This document shows positions 49,701-61,245 of a DNA stretch of 64,000 nucleotides, in pieces. The translations under genes and the position numbers were made by a program. This DNA is from Carcharhinus longimanus (Eukaryota), in contig JASCQW010000032.1 of assembly GCA_030264375.1 (NCBI GenBank), forward strand, positions 9,709,632 to 9,773,631, written 5' to 3'. A model generated the notes under the pieces. It searched no databases. It was not told where the DNA came from and worked only from the letters and a program-made list of their open reading frames with translations. The first letter of the stretch is position 1; each line of letters begins with the position of its first letter.

Positions 49701-51759
49701 CTGATTTTCACTTGGCAGGAATTTGAGTTACAGCAAACATTTGTCTGGTTTTCCTTTAAGAATGACTGATCGCATGTACCATGTGGTCTGCTGTGTGTGG
49801 AGCTTGCCATCAGCACCCAGAAGCAAAAAACATCTCTGGAACTGCAAGAGCTATTGCTGCTACAATCATTCCGATGAAGTGGATGCATGAATTTTGCGTG
49901 TTACCCAATCTGATCAGACACACCATGAACTCTGCACCCAAAAATGAGGACAACCCAATTCCTATCCCATTTGCCGTCTGACCTCTCTCATTAACATTGT
50001 CCTCCACTTATTGGGTTTTTCTTTGCACATTCAAGAGTAGTTTGTTCACTTTACTTTAGTGATGAAATGTGTTGAAATGTGATTTTTCACCATTATCAGA
50101 CATTGAATCATTGTTGTAACATTTGACCTTATAGGTTTCACAATGATGCATCTGTATCACCTATGCTGGAACATATTAAACACACAAGAATGGCAGACAA
50201 TCAGGCAATTCAGTTTTCAGAAAAATATTTATTTTTCCAAGTGCTTAAAGACTTAGCCTTAGATACCTATGGTACCTTTATTATGCTACAAAATGTTTTT
50301 AAGCAATTGCAATTTGAAATGAGCTGACTGTGTTATGCAAACAAACACAATACCAAAAATACCACAATAGCAGTTGATGAAGAATAAGATACTATATTTT
50401 TGTTGATATTGACTGAAATGAGAAAAGCATACTGCTGCTTATTCTTGGGAGAAGGTGCCTTCATATAAGATTTTCACATTCAAGAACAAATGCCACTCTG
50501 AGCCTTCTAACCTTTTCACATGTTTAACCTCCCCCCACCCCACCACCTCCCTCCCAATACCCAGATTGGCTTGTCTCACCATCAGTAATAGAGTGATTTA
50601 CTGGATGATCATTGGACTTCCAAAACTATCAAATTGCAAGGAACCCTCTGTATGGCTGAATTCAAATGAAGCTTGAAACTGAGAATGCTTTGGGTCTCCT
50701 GATTTTGGGTGGATCCATTCACTCCTGTCCTTGGCACAACTTTAAAACCTCATTCAACCAGTGAAAATTGTAATTGGAAGTCCTACTACCTGCTTATCCT
50801 GCATGTTCACACCTAAGCAGATTCTTGGCCATTTTGGACAGGAATGCTGGATGCCTGTTTGTTGTCCTGCCTAACTGGCAGGGTGCCAAAATGGTTGAAA
50901 AACAATGGAGTTAAAGAAAAAGAGGGCAGTGAATGAGTTCAGAAGAATGAGCATGATTGTAATGGGGCAGTATATGGCTAGTGCTTGTGCAAGGTCACGG
51001 TATTTTGGGGCAGTGTTTGCGTATCGTCACTGTTTTATTTATGCAAGTGAACAGAACATGTATATGACAGGACCCTGGTGATAGTGATTATGCATATGAT
51101 GGACAAACAGAACCTCCTGGAAACAAATCCAAGGGATGTTCAAAGTTTTCCACTTTTAGAATATAGTGGCCACTTTAAATTGCTTCAGTTTGAGTTCAGG
51201 CTTGATCATTGTTGTGCCTCGTGTCTCCAGCATGGTTTGCCTCCTGTTTGTCATCCATATGGTATCTCTGTACAAAACTACCCCCAAGCATTGAGTCAGC
51301 TTTAATATTTTTACAGATAGCACCCAATTCTAACGCTTTTACACCATCAGTGATTGCAAGTCTTTTCCTGTACTCTTTTACTCATCCCAATGATGGATGA
51401 GTTGAGCATTTTTCCAGCCCCTTGCTGAGACTGTCACTTGCCACATCTAGAATATTACCTGCTTGAATCCCTACCTCATTATCTTCAGTGCAAAAAATTT
51501 CAACATCACCTGATAACTTGTTCAATCTCTTTGCATCCAACTTTCAAAAATGCCAGCTAATCCAGAAATTTGCATCTCTAGGTGCTCTTCACAATGTTTA
51601 ACACAACTAGCTCTCTGTTCTCATCTGCCTTCTTGGCTCCTTGCATGTCATCAAGTGAGGACCAAGATTTTCATCTGCAAATTCCTTCATGGTCTTACCA
51701 TATGCTTTTGAAAATAACCTTGAGCTTCCATTACATGACAGTGTTAGTACATCTCTCTC

Positions 51760-52160
51760 TCTACTATTACCATCAAGTTGGGGGNNNNNNNNNNNNNNNN
51801 NNNNNNNNNNNNNNNNNNNNNNNNNNNNNNNNNNNNNNNNNNNNNNNNNNNNNNNNNNNNNNNNNNNNNNNNNNNNNNNNNNNNATGACCATCAAGTTGG
51901 GGGACCAGCTCTGATTCATTGAGAACAGAATGCATGGAGCAGTACCCAAGCATACCTAAAAAATAGGTACTAACTAGATGAAGCTATCAGGCCACTTGCA
52001 TGCCAAACTGCAGAAACTGCAAATCAAAGCAATCCCACGAACAATGGATGAGGTCCTGCAACATCTGGTTGTGAATAGTGACAGACAATTAAATAACAGT
52101 ATGAGAAGGAGGCTCCATGAGCATCCCTGTCTTCAAAAGTAGTGGAGCCCAGCATGTGAG
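51760..52160 (+). mobile_element. Non-LTR retrotransposon ORF2 fragment
   Basis: TIKLGDQL*FIE.. (cf. TIKPGDQPWFNE), gcatacctaaaaatagg, EGGSMSIPVFK..GAQHVS. Probably the same family as 33965. Confidence 0.6.
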
Positions 52161-52314
52161 CAGTGGTGTTGTGAGAAATTCTGAGGTGAAGGGGCCCTAA
52201 GAAAATGTGTTGGCCATATCATTTCAATCTTAATAAAACTATGAATTACAGAAGACTTAACTTACTTCTGACTGGGGGCAGATATGTGAAGGGATCATCG
52301 CTATCTTTTTCTTA

Positions 52315-53860
52315 ATTTTTTTTAATGAATGTTTTTATTGAGAGTTTTGCATTTTACCACAAGTTACAACAAATCCCCAAACTCTAGTACAGCATAGAGT
52401 GATTATTACCCCACTTATACTTACAGAAAAGACAAGCAATACTCCTACAAATGGTTCAGATTATCAGTCATTGCTATTGTTGTAGTTGCTGTCTCGTTAC
52501 ATATGGATAATGAAAGGATACGAGAGAGAAAGAGTGGGGATCTTAAGATAACAAGAAAAAGCCGTGAGCACATGACACCATGGTGCATACTCCCTCCACA
52601 GGATAACAAAGACAGAGCTATGTAATATATAGGATCCCTTATGGGGTAGAATACAACCAGCCGGGACCTAACTCAGCATCCCAAAACCTTTGAGCAATGA
52701 AAGGATACTCCAGAAAAAGGAGAACACCAGGATACCATCATTGGCACAAGATGTGGCATGGCAGCGTAGTCTCGTATACAGGAACCAGTTGGCCAAGGAT
52801 TTTTACACTATGCCAACAGACACAACAGACCTCATTCCTCTCCAGTCATATCAGAGGCACTGTTTAGACCCCACCATCAGCAGAAAACTTAAACCATTTT
52901 CCACCAAGGAAACCCTACCGACAAGGAGAAGAAAAGTTATCAAGACATCTGTCAATGGGATATCTTGGGCAGAGATACAATTCTCCTCCTTCCAACAAGA
53001 TAAGGGAAACCGTGTGGAATTAAATATAATGAATCAGAGTCTGTATCAGCACCTCATCTACCCAAATAAAGAAAGGAACCCCCAGAGAGAGATGAACACC
53101 AAGATTAGCCATCTTGAATAAACAATAGACATCTGATGTGATTTAGCCTTGTATACTTTTGCAAGAAGGATTCCAGGAACAGCATAACCTCATAAGAAAG
53201 AGGACACTTGTCTCTCAGGGAACCCAAGCCCCAAGAATGAGGACAATTTGGAAGTCCCTAAATAAGACAACCTTTAGGAGGAGGGTAACCTACTCCTCCA
53301 TCCAGCTTAATGTCCAAGCAAAGAAAGACTCTTAAAAATGCTGAAACAAAGCACTTAAACTCACACTCAGGCCCTACAGCCAACAGTATGCAACATCTCC
53401 AAGGGAACCAAGTCTTAAAAAGGAGAGTAGTCTAGAAGCTCCCAAAAGGGAGATCTCAGGGGAGGGTAATTTACTCACCCACCCAACATGCCCACCATCT
53501 GTTCTGGATAAACACAGTTATTACTGCCCTAACCACTCAGTGATCCAAGTAAGTTTGGATCACTGACACACTAGAATAGGGGCCGACAGGCCAAGGATAC
53601 TCATATCATTCTTATAAATTGAACAAAGCAAACTGCTCCTATCGTTAGGCACACCCGAGCTGCCACTTAGGCCTCGCTATCATTAAGATTCCACTCGTTT
53701 CCCCTAACAATTGGATGATATGCTCACTGTATGTTCCATGACCAAGAGCCAAGTAATCAAATAACCACTGTCACTACCCCCATGGCCAAGTAACTATAGA
53801 AGACCAAACCAAGAAAGACTGAATATCCATGGATTAGCTGGCCACACCTGGGCAAACAAC
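52315..53860 (-). mobile_element. Probable L1/Tx1-like LINE 3' portion, highly decayed
   Basis: T-rich end with TTTATT (AATAAA on minus) at ~52315-52340 and a strongly A/C-skewed interior. No clean catalytic motif read. Confidence 0.4.
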
Positions 53861-54449
53861 AGTACATATTTTCCCTTACTCTCGCTACGTCAGAGGACTG
53901 CTTTTCTTGTGTAATATGATGTTTTATCCATTTCTACTTGGGAGGATTACTATGGTAAATTTAGATGTAGAAGGATGGGAGGAAGCTCAGTGTAGCATAA
54001 GCACTGGCATGGACTGGTGAAACCAAATGAACTATTCCTATGACATATATCCATACAATTCCTCTTACAATCTGGTTTATACTACCACTTTGTAAGGGCA
54101 GTGCTTCCACAAATCAGAATCCAAACTATGATAAAAGCATTCCACAAGCTTTCCAAATTGGAGCTGAACAACTTAGTAATTATCTGCAGTGTAGAGTCAA
54201 CTTCAGATAGAAACTAAAATAATTCTACCAGCACTGCAAGCCAGTATTATAAGACCTGCATGTTCATTAGTGCTAAGGTTATGTCATAATTCTATCTGTG
54301 GGTCAAATTGTGTTAATAATGTTGTGGTGATTGTCCCTTTAAGGATCTATCAGCGGAGAATGGGTCACATGACATAGTGAACCTAGGCTAATATTTTCAG
54401 GCCAACGGAATTCCCTCGTTAGGGCAGATCAGTTGTAAGCAGTTTGGCA

Positions 54450-55283
54450 GAACATTCCAGCAAGTTTCATGCAGTTTGCTTGTTAGTACTGAGGGGAATG
54501 CAAGTGAGCATTTGCAGCTGTGCTGATGGAGAGGGGGTTCTGATGGATCAGTGCATCAATGATTGGGGACAGGGGAGAGAGAGGAAGGTTTCACACAGCC
54601 ATCGGAGTCTGGAGGAGATGGGGGCCTTGTGCAGGCGGGCCTGGGGTGGGGGTGAGGGGGATCACTCTGCCTGATATCNNNNNNNNNNNNNNNNNNNNNN
54701 NNNNNNNNNNNNNNNNNNNNNNNNNNNNNNNNNNNNNNNNNNNNNNNNNNNNNNNNNNNNNNNNNNNNNNNNNNNNNNNNNNNNNNNNNNNNNNNNNNNN
54801 NNNNNNNNNNNNNNNNNNNNNNNNNNNNNNNNNNNNNNNNNNNNNNNNNNNNNNNNNNNNNNNNNNNNNNNNNNNNNNNNNNNNNNNNNNNNNNNNNNNN
54901 NNNNNNNNNNNNNNNNNNNNNNNNNNNNNNNNNNNNNNNNNNNNNNNNNNNNNNNNNNNNNNNNNNNNNNNNNNNNNNAGGGGGTCAGTAATGTTGTGGG
55001 GAGTGGGGCAATGTCTGTGGGGCCAGGGGGAGGCATTATCCGGCCCAGGAGGGATGCAACAGGGAAGCGTTATTCTATCTTTTTTTTGCGCGTGCACAGT
55101 TGGATGTGACAATCAGAGCTGCAGGATTTTGGGTGTGTTAGGCCTTGCCCACAGGCTTGTGCAGCGCAATTTGGAATCGCTGATATTTTTGCGTTTAGGG
55201 GCATCAGAGAACGGGTTAGATCTGAAACATTCCCAGTTTCATGTCTGCCCAGCACTTTGAATCAAAATAGTAAAATAGGGCCC
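54450..55283 (-). mobile_element. Terminal part of a Harbinger element inserted in the Gypsy integrase
   Basis: Ends in TIR-like GTAAAATAGGGCCC (55270-55283), directly abutting integrase codons KWMEVLE; GC-rich MITE-like interior. Confidence 0.65.
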
Positions 55284-55285
55284 TT

Positions 55286-55625
55286 CATTCAAGCACTTCC
55301 ATCCACTTTGAATGTACATCAACAAGGAGTAAAAACATTGTGCATATGAATGGACTAACATAATCAATATACACTTGTGCCTATGGCCAGCCAAGCCATT
55401 CCAAAGGGTGCCGTGGAACTGCAGCAAACACTCTTTTTTTTTACAATTGCCACTTCACAATGCTTGACTGGGTTCTCAATGTCAGCATCAGTGCCAGACT
55501 ACCACACATAACACTCGGCAAGCATTTTCATCTGAGATATATCCGAATGGACGTTGTGCAAATTTGGCTGGGAGCAACTCCCTTCTTGGTCAGCGATGAC
55601 TACTCTGGTTCCCCAGAAGTATGAT
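55286..55625 (-). pseudogene. Gypsy integrase N-terminal half (HHCC zinc finger to first core D)
   Basis: LHNVHSDISQMKMLAECYVW*SGTDADIENPVKHC..HPLEWLGWP*AQVYIDYVSPFICTMFLLLVDVHSKWMEV. Confidence 0.9.
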
Positions 55626-55702
55626 GTCAACTTAGCAATTCAGATCATGTATTTGTAAAAAAATATTGTTTTATCTCTTCAAAAACTGGCTTATTAGCCC
55701 AA

Positions 55703-55940
55703 ATGATGTGGGTATGCCGGCGTTGGACTGGCGTAAACACAGTAAAAAGTCTGACAACACCAGGNNNNNNNNNNNNNNNNNNNNNNNNNNNNNNNNNNNN
55801 NNNNNNNNNNNNNNNNNNNNNNNNNNNNNNNNNNNNNNNNNNNNNNNNNNNNNNNNNNNNNNNNTAACCCGAAAGCTTGTGAGAATATTATCAAATAAAT
55901 AGGTTGGACTAAAACCTGGTGTTGTCAGACTTTTTACTGT
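55703..55940. mobile_element. Penelope-like element insertion with inverted termini and ~12-bp TSD
   Basis: Perfect 26-bp inverted repeat ACAGTAAAAAGTCTGACAACACCAGG (55739-55764) / CCTGGTGTTGTCAGACTTTTTACTGT (55915-55940). TTATTAGCCCAA at 55691 and 55940. Confidence 0.8.
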
Positions 55941-56059
55941 TATTAGCCCAACCCATTAGTATACTGTGTCTCACTTTGGACAGCACTGGTGTGGATCCTG
56001 ACTGGTCCAGTACCTTTTCCGTTTTGCCTTGACTAGCCTAGATTGTCAATGCCATGATA

Positions 56060-56500
56060 ATTTACTGTGGTACTGGGGGAGATGCAATAGTTAGGCAACT
56101 AAGTGCATCCACATTTGCTGTGGTTTTTCCGGGTTGGCGCTTGAAGGTATATACATAGTTGGAGAGGATTAACAGGTGACGCTGAATCCTTGCCAATGCA
56201 AGTTGTAGAATAATCTTATCTTCTTTAAAAAGACTCAAAAGCTGTTTGTGATGGGAAACAATGGTAAAATGCTTACTGTACAAATATGATTAGAATTTCT
56301 TGACACCAAAAGCTATTGATAATTCTGCTTTCTCAATTTGTGACTAACTTTGTTCAGCTTCTAAGAAGTTTCTCAAGACATACCCTATTGGCCTTTTGGA
56401 TCCATTGTCCACCGCATGGGACAACACTGTATCAATGCAATGGGAGGCATCACAGGTTAACACTAATTCCTTAGATGAGTCAAACTGCACCAGTAAACTC
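56060..56500 (-). pseudogene. Gypsy RNase H domain
   Basis: LVQFDSSKELVLTCDASH..VLSH..KRPIGYV..AEQS*SQIEKAELSIAFGVKKF*SYLYSKHFTIVSHHKQLLSLF..RIQRHLLILSNYVYTF..PGKTTANVDALSCL. Confidence 0.92.
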
Positions 56501-56503
56501 AAT

Positions 56504-56622
56504 CGTCAGAATTCTACAGTCCCGCGGAATTGGAGCAGGCAAGGGGTGACGACAGTGGGAAGATCCATTGACCTGAGGCAGAATTTTCCGGTCTCGGGTC
56601 GAGTGGCCACTTTAAACCTGCA
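56504..56622. mobile_element. ~120-bp MITE at the site of the missing protease/RT
   Basis: GTCAGAATTCTAC..CCATTGACC..AATTTTCCGGTCTCGGGTCGAG is similar to the 44276 copy. Confidence 0.6.
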
Positions 56623-56768
56623 TGCATCAGGGGAGTGATTACCCTTGCTCTGGAAAACTCTACTTTAATCCTAGGTGTGTGATTGATTCCCACTCTATTC
56701 GTGGATGCATTTGCTTCCCCTTTTAAAATGACATCTTAATTTTTATCACCATTGCTGACTGCAGGTTC

Positions 56769-57200
56769 TCACCCTAACTGGTGAACTATGCCATTTTGCC
56801 TGATCTGAAGAGTCTTCTCAGCATTCTCCATCACCAGCGCCAGTTCCTTAAAATTTATATCTGCCGCTGCTAATAGCTTCCTTTGGATGGTCTCATTATT
56901 TATCCTGCAGACTAAATTGTTCCAAAGCATATCATTGAGAATGATTCTGAAGTCACAGTGCTCTAAGATCTGTCTTAACTTGGTAATATAATTTGCAGTA
57001 GTTTCCCTAGAGAGTTTCCTGGTTGACCTAACCCTAAATTGCTGCAATATTCCCAATTGCTTTGGGAAGAAGTGTGTTTTTACCAATTCAACTATCTCAG
57101 TGAATGAGTTGGAGTCAGGCACACTTGGGGATGTGAGGCTGCATATTAAATCATAGGTGTGGGTTCTACATGCACTCAGAAGAATTGCTAAATTGCTTGC
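56769..57200 (-). pseudogene. Gypsy (Mag-like) gag
   Basis: AILLSACRTHTYDLICSLTSPSVPDSNSFTEIVELVKTHFFPK..QFRVRSTRK..ETTANYITKLRQILEHCDF..LNDMLWNNLVCRINNETIQRKLLA. Confidence 0.9.
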
Positions 57201-57274
57201 AGCTGATCAAGGGACAGCTCCATTAAAAACTCAAGAATGGACAGGCAGGCAGGCATTCCTGCACAAAATACGCG

Positions 57275-57885
57275 CACAGCCAGCCCCCCGCACAACCTGC
57301 GCACAACCTGGGGAGGCTATTGGATGCAGCAGAGGTGAGGTGGGGCACCCTCTTCTCCCCAGGAGGACACAGACCGGGGCGGGGGTGGGGTGGAGTGGGG
57401 GCTGCTGGAAATGCGGCCTGGGAGGAAGTCGCCATCTCGGTCAATGCCAGGGCACTGGCACCCTGAACTGAGAAGCAGTGCAGGAAAAAAGTCAATGACC
57501 TCATTCATGCAGCAAGGGTGATTGCTGAATCCTATCTTGCATCTTGCCCCAAATCTCTCCCAGATCCTCCCATCCCCTACGCCCTGCGTGCTTCCAGCTC
57601 CTGACCCCGAAGCAGCTCCTTCCTATCTCTCCCAAGCCCCACTGCGCTTGCCTTCTAAGAGCCACCACCTGATACTATGCAGGAGTCATGTCACCATTTC
57701 TTTCATGGCTCCTTCTCTCTCCACAGGCGACGACCGATCATAACACCCATGAGAGGCCAAAAACGGGGTGGTGAGCCAGACCTCCAGGTACTCACCCCCT
57801 TTGAGGACCGGGTTCTGAAGCTTTCAAGAGAAGGGGAGATGCAGGCTGTTGGTGACAGCATGGTTGGGCTGCTGTCGAGACATAA
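57275..57885 (+). pseudogene. Harbinger Myb/SANT (NAIF1-like) DNA-binding gene, exons 1-2
   Basis: Exon 1 NLGRLLDAAEVRWGTLFSPGG..AAWEEVAISVNARALAP*TEKQCRKKVNDLIHAAR; GT-AG intron 57518-57726; exon 2 HNTHER../GGEPDLQVLTPFEDRVLKL (one frameshift). Confidence 0.9.
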
Positions 57886-57907
57886 GCACCTGTCATTCCT
57901 CCACTCA

Positions 57908-58186
57908 GGTGTGAGGGGTAAGGTTTAAAGATGTATGAGGCATAATTATTTGCGCAGAGAGAGTAGTGTTGCTTGGAACCCACTGCCGGGGGGTTGCGAA
58001 TGCAAATACGATAGTGACCTTGAAGGGGCGTCTTTCCAGCTATATGAATGGGATGGGAATAGAAGCATATGGTCCCCGAAAGGGTAGGGGATTACAAATT
58101 AAAAGGTCAGCCTGGCTGCTACAGGCTTGAAGGGCCAAAGGGCCTGTTCCTGTGATGTAATTTTCTTCGTGCTTTGTTCTATGTTC
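57908..58186 (+). mobile_element. CR1 3' end inserted in the Harbinger relic
   Basis: GTGAGGGGTAAGGTTTAAAG..GCTTGGAAC..GAAGGGCCAAAGGGCCTGTTCCTGTGATGTAATTTTC..GTTCTATGTTC. Confidence 0.85.
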
Positions 58187-58279
58187 AATGAGGAAATGTG
58201 ACACTTTGGTGGATCCAGTTAATGGTGAGGCTTCTGGATCATTCTTTAGTGAGCACGACACATCTGATAATGTACATCA

Positions 58280-58995
58280 TTTATCACCTTCTATGGCGTA
58301 AAGCACAGTAAGATACCACCCAGCATCCAGTGGACTAGCTGAAGGAGCCGTCCAAACTATGTCTGGTCTAAAAAGACAGTTGGAAGATATCCTGGAGACC
58401 AAAAATCTCACAATTCCTTCAGGACTGAAGGACTACTGCACCTGCAACAATGGGGCACTGCCAAAAGATTTGCTAATGAACCATTGTCTCAAAAGGACAC
58501 TGAGCTTTGTGTTTCCAAATTTTCTGGGAAGGGTAGAGGCCAGCCGAAGCATGCAGAAGACAAATCATGATTCATGTAAGTCAACAAGGTGGTTTTCAAT
58601 GGATGAAGCCGTGAATGTGAGGCATTTTGGATGTGGGTCAAATTGGGTTCCTGGAGTTATTGTACCTAAAACTGGATCCCTGTCTTATCAAGTGGATGTA
58701 GAAAGAAGGATCACCTGGAAACAAGTAGACTATTTGACAAAACAAGGGTTGCCCCAGCAGCCAGTACTGCTATCAGAAGCTATATTGCCATTGGAAATGC
58801 TGTGGACCAGCCAAGCATTGTCGTCCTGTGGCAGGCACAACTGGTGTCTACATGGCAACAGATATAACGGAACTGCTTGAGCCTGAAGAGGCAGCTGCCA
58901 TTGTGGTTTCAGCCGACAGCAATCCTGTGGAAGTGCCCCAGTCAGAGAGGTTCCACCACTCGATAAGGATTCGGAAACCACCTGAAAGACATAAT
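58280..58995 (+). pseudogene. Gypsy integrase C-terminal half
   Basis: YHPASSGLAEGAVQTM (core E), LLMNHCLKRTLSFVFPNFLGRVE..FSMDEAVNVRHFGCGSNWVPGVIVPKTGSLSYQVDV. Confidence 0.9.
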
Positions 58996-60289
58996 TTATA
59001 ATTGACTAAATTCTTGTACTAAATGTTTAATTATCATGAACTGTGTAATTTGAGTATTGACACTTGTATAAAAAGACTTAGCAGGAGAAAGATGCGATGT
59101 GTTGATTGTCCTTTGAAGGATATAGATTAAGGGTCAAATGACCCAGGGAACCAAATGGGCAACAAGCTTCGGGGGGTGGGAAGGTGGGACCACCCTCATG
59201 AGCACAGTTTTCTATTCCAGAACTTTCTCAGGAGTTGATTGGCAGCCATGAGGCTACAAAACTCTATATTATAATTATCTGTAAATAAACATTGCAGTTA
59301 TTATTTACCAAAGTGGTGAATCACAATTATTACAGATTTCTTTCTTTGTAAGTCTATTCATCTCATCAAGTGATATTTAAAATAGGTTTCTTTTCATTAT
59401 AAAATGCTTCTTTATGGAAAACAGCTATGCCAAGTTTGATTGATTCCATTTGAAGGATTCCATCTTATTCTTTGCCCCCATTTGAGATGGCTCTTCCTTG
59501 TACAGAAGAACAAGAAGGATGCATTCTTTGTATTCAGGTGCCACTGAATTGATTCTAGTACCCCCTTAACTTATTTTCTATCTCTTACTTTTGCTTACAT
59601 CTGCCCCTTATCTATCTTCCCATATTTAATACTTCATAATCCATCAAATGGTGGTAAAGGAGCAAGCACTGTAGTGTAACATACTTTCTCAGTAACGCCT
59701 CTGGTATATAAAAACCGTAGTAAACAGGAAAATGTGTTTGAACAGTTGATTAGACAAAGGCACACTAATTATAAGCACTCTATGTTAACAGTTACAATGC
59801 AAATTCTGTGCATCTTCTAGTTGCGCAGACTTTGCATTATAGCTGTTCCAATTCAATTGCTTAAACTGGCTTTTTGTACCCATCTGGTTATTGATAGCTC
59901 ACTCACAAACAAAAATAACTTGAAAGTAACACAGGATCACCAATTCCAGTAGATTCAGCATGGCACTAAATAACCCCATCTCTTATGATGCTGTCCTAAT
60001 GTGATCCAATGAAACAAATCAAGAACTCTAACTTCAGCAGCTTGGGTTTCAACTCTGACATCAATGATACATTATAAATGTATTACTGGAAGTTTACAAA
60101 GCTGGGTTTTGTGAAACTGTTAGCTCCACTCCTATCTCAGCTTACCATATATATTTCCTATTCCTTTGGGGACCTAGTGTAACTGGTCTTAGCTGGGTTA
60201 TTGGAGCAGTGAATTAATTTGTTTGATGCCCATCCCATTAAAATCATTCAGGCAATGGTAGTAATGATTCCTGTATTTATATATTTTAA

Positions 60290-60488
60290 AAATTAATTTA
60301 CGGGTTGTGGACGTTGCTGGCTAAGCCAGCATTTATTGCTCATCCCTACTTGCCCTTGATAAGGCAGTGGTGAGCTGCCTTCTCGAACCGCTGCAGTACC
60401 TGAGGTGTAGGTGCACCCACAATGCTGTTCGGGAGGAAATTCCACGATTTTGATTCAGCAACAGTGAAGAAACAGTGATATATTTCCA
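60290..60488 (-). mobile_element. LINE 3' end (CR1/L2-group)
   Basis: Minus ORF SKSWNFLPNSIVGAPTPQVLQRFEKAAHHCLIKGK*, followed by AATAAATGCTGGC. Confidence 0.8.
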
Positions 60489-60790
60489 AGAGGTCTTGTG
60501 GTGCAGTGGGTAGCATCCCTGCCTCTGAGTCAGAAACTCCAGGTTCAAGTGTCATTCCAGGACTTAATGGCCAAGGCAGGTGTGTTCGCGAAGTAGCCAA
60601 ACAGGTTGAGTGTCAACCTGCTAGATCCTTCCAAACTCACCAATGGCTTGTGGTAAGACTGAGAGACTCCTGGTCAGCCACATCTGAGGTGCAGTGGCAA
60701 TCCTCATGCCATAAGCTTCTGAACTGGCAAGCTGTTCTGGAATTACTAACTAAGGAAACAGATGCATGTCTGCCTTACTGCACTGCTAGG
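60489..60790 (+). mobile_element. tRNA-derived SINE of a second family
   Basis: A box TGGTGCAGTGG, B box GGTTCAAGTG. A reversed partial copy lies at ~41560-41612. Confidence 0.7.
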
Positions 60791-61009
60791 TACAGGAAGA
60801 GAATTGGAACTGGTATCTTTTATATCCACCTGAGGGCATTGTTATATCTTATTGGGAAAACAGCACCTCTGACAGTGCCCTGCATTCTCAGTACTACACC
60901 ACTTTAGATTTGTGTGCTGAAAAGTCTTTGGAGCGGGAGTTGCAAACTTCTGATCCAGAGGCAGCCTCTGTTTTGAAATACTCAACTGTGGGCTGAACAT
61001 ACACAACTC

Positions 61010-61245
61010 TCTGAGGTAGAAAATTTCCAAGGATTTACAACCTTTTGAATAAAGTGGATTTTCCTATTCCCAATCCTAAATGGTCGACCTCTTATTCTGA
61101 GATCATTTACCCCATGTACTAGATTCCCCAGCAAGAGGAAACATTTATTCAGCACCTACTTATTCTAAGTCCCTTAAAAATAGTAAATGTTTAAATGAGA
61201 CACTTCACATTCCTCTAAGCTCCAGGGATTATAGGCCTAGAATTT
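61010..61245 (-). mobile_element. CR1 ORF2 3' fragment
   Basis: Matches the reverse strand of the CR1 end (tcctaaatgg..ccttattctgaga..ctagattcccca..aggaaaca). Confidence 0.7.

Larger units (their letters stand above)
54320..59334 (+). mobile_element. Rearranged Gypsy (Mag-like) LTR retrotransposon: partial 5' LTR, inverted gag-RNaseH-IN(N), IN(C), PPT, 3' LTR
   Basis: LTR start TGTTGTGGTGATTGTCCCTTTAAGGA..GGGTCACATGAC at 54320 matches TGTGTTGATTGTCCTTTGAAGGA..GGGTCAAATGAC at ~59098. Purine tract AGCAGGAGAAAGA precedes the 3' LTR, which ends TACA at 59334. Confidence 0.85.

Noticed and set aside
51768-51904. ACCATCAAGTTGGGGG duplicated around a gap
   Set aside because: Cannot distinguish an assembly overlap from the TSD of a hidden insertion.
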